DNA of 64,000 nucleotides from Candidatus Bathyarchaeia archaeon (GTDB lineage Archaea; Thermoproteota; Bathyarchaeia; Bathyarchaeales; Bathyarchaeaceae): NCBI GenBank assembly GCA_035283685.1, contig DATETJ010000008.1, positions 64,629 to 128,628 of the forward strand, read 5' to 3'. Shown piece by piece: positions 62,820 to 64,000 of this stretch (position 1 is its first letter; each line of letters starts with the position of its first letter). The notes under the pieces were generated by a model. It saw only the letters and a program-made list of their open reading frames with translations, ran no database searches and was not told where the DNA came from. The position numbers and the translations under genes were made by a program.

Positions 62820-63530
62820 CTAACCAGCAAGTTCAATGAGAATATTCGTCAATTCCTGTGGGTGCGTAAGCATCGCGTCATGACCAGACGCTAATTCTCG
62901 CACCTCCCAGCCGTCCGATCTCGCTTTAGCAGCAAAACGTGCCATCATAGGCAGGAATGGCCCACTCGTGCAATGTATGTACGCTCGTGGAATAGCTCTG
63001 CTCGTGGGACTGCTAGCTGGAGGAGCTTGGACGTAAGTGCTCATCGGTTGCGGCACAAGTCGTGCAGCAACCCAGTCAGCCATTTTCGTATCATTAATAC
63101 CAAAGACAGATAGTGATGGAGGAGGACGCATTTCATTACTTTCAGACGGGCGAACGAACATCCGACCCGCAGAAGCCGCTGGGGGCCAAAGGTCAACTTC
63201 GCTTTGTCCATCCGAGGGCACATAGGCATCAAAGTAGATCAATTTTGCTATTCGCTCTGGCATCCTCGCCGCAACTCCAGTGATGACCATACCCGCGTAA
63301 CTGTGGCCGACCAACGTGACTCTTGAGAGGTCTTCACAGAAGAGTAAGTTGGCGACGTCCTCTATGTGAGTGTTCAAATCCACTCCACAATGCAGGAGGT
63401 GTGATTTCGCTCCAATGCCAGTCAAAGTTGGCGTATGCACATCGTGTCCCAGATTCCGCAGCATTGGCGCAACAAAGCGCCAACACCATCCTCCATGAAA
63501 AGATCCATGTACCAAGACGAAAGTCGTCAT
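62820..63530 (-). CDS. alpha/beta hydrolase (methylesterase/SABP2-like)
   Basis: FVLVHGSFHGGWCW, the nucleophile elbow LVGHSYAG and the C-terminal GHDAMLTHP match the AB_hydrolase fold. Confidence 0.85.
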   Translation of the reverse strand: MTTFVLVHGSFHGGWCWRFVAPMLRNLGHDVHTPTLTGIGAKSHLLHCGVDLNTHIEDVANLLFCEDLSRVTLVGHSYAGMVITGVAARMPERIAKLIYFDAYVPSDGQSEVDLWPPAASAGRMFVRPSESNEMRPPPSLSVFGINDTKMADWVAARLVPQPMSTYVQAPPASSPTSRAIPRAYIHCTSGPFLPMMARFAAKARSDGWEVRELASGHDAMLTHPQELTNILIELAG

Positions 63531-63861
63531 TCTTCCACCACAAAAATTTTGGCTAGGTAATTGAATGAGCTGTCAACTATTAAGCCTTCGGAGTGCTCAG
63601 GTTTGAAAGTTTTTTGAGTAATCTGGAGGGGCTATCTTCTTGAGGCCTTTGAGCTTCAGTAGAAAGCATAATGAGGCTGTCAGATTATTCAACAAGTCCA
63701 CCGTGCCTAGACGTCTTTGGGCCTTGACTCTTCTAGCGCAATATGCTACGATGCGGATGCAGCGCATGCATCGAATGTTGTTTCATAAAGCATAAAGCTG
63801 TCAATGAGGATGTTGTATTTGACAGCGCAAGCTCAGTGCGGCCTATTGAGAGGATAGAGAG

Positions 63862-64000
63862 TTGAGAAGTTTGGCTTTAGGAAGGGTTGGCTTGGTTTTT
63901 GGTGTTTGGGTTTTTGTGCTTTTCGTAGCAGTGTTTGGTGTGGTGTTTAATGTTTCGTTGGTTGGCGGGAGCTTCACGGCTTCTTCAGAAAGCAACGAGC
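63862..64000 (+). CDS. 5' fragment of a secreted/membrane protein (runs off window)
   Basis: A TTG at 63862 follows an in-frame TGA and a GAGG-rich stretch. Translation gives LRSLALGRVGLVFGVWVFVLFVAVFGVVFNVSLVGG..., a signal/TM-like sequence. It is open to the window end. Confidence 0.35.
   Translation, partial: MRSLALGRVGLVFGVWVFVLFVAVFGVVFNVSLVGGSFTASSESNE

Noticed and set aside
1-64000. CRISPR arrays, rRNA genes, IS elements, prophage genes
   Set aside because: I scanned intergenic regions for regularly spaced direct repeats, rRNA-like conserved stretches, and transposase, integrase or capsid-like ORFs, and saw none. The only repeats are those reported: two inverted arms, three copies of the element family, and one 21-bp duplication.

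Overview
This window reads as an archaeal chromosome fragment. The evidence is a set of archaeal or eukaryote-type genes: eS19, eL39, eL31, aIF6, LX, prefoldin alpha, RNase P Rpp21, Nep1, DTD2 and archaeal-type phosphoglycerate mutase. A TACK/Bathyarchaeia-like origin is only a guess. I saw no rRNA, convincing tRNA, CRISPR array, transposase or integrase. The content falls into five groups. (1) 1-11.7 kb holds regulators, a glycogen-synthase-like GT, apgM, and a nucleoside-salvage locus (nucleoside phosphorylase plus a BMP-family ABC importer). (2) 12.1-15.9 kb holds the conserved rps19e/PDCD5-like/rpl39e/rpl31e/aIF6/LX/pfdA/ftsY operon. (3) 16-37 kb holds peptidases (M32, M29, M55), methyltransferases and GNATs, a 1261-aa Ser/Thr-kinase-AAA-TPR protein, a beta-lactamase-fold hydrolase, a divergent transcarbamylase, DTD2, Rpp21, GH13 amylase and Nep1. 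(4) 39-47 kb holds IleRS, PadR, a coiled-coil protein, HDAC-like deacetylase and an S2P protease. (5) 47-60 kb is a minus-strand surface-protein cluster with a 2315-aa sequon-rich giant protein. The most unusual signals are non-coding or compositional. About 235-bp inverted repeats carrying 22-bp-phased iterons bracket the ribosomal operon. A mirror-image A+C to G+T composition flip runs through that same co-directional operon, and further skewed patches occur elsewhere. A structured intergenic repeat family has 2 clear copies and 1 degenerate copy, two of which flank part of the surface cluster. A 1.1-kb gene-free region carries a strong GC hairpin. All calls come from reading the sequence and ORF translations by eye. 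No searches were run.
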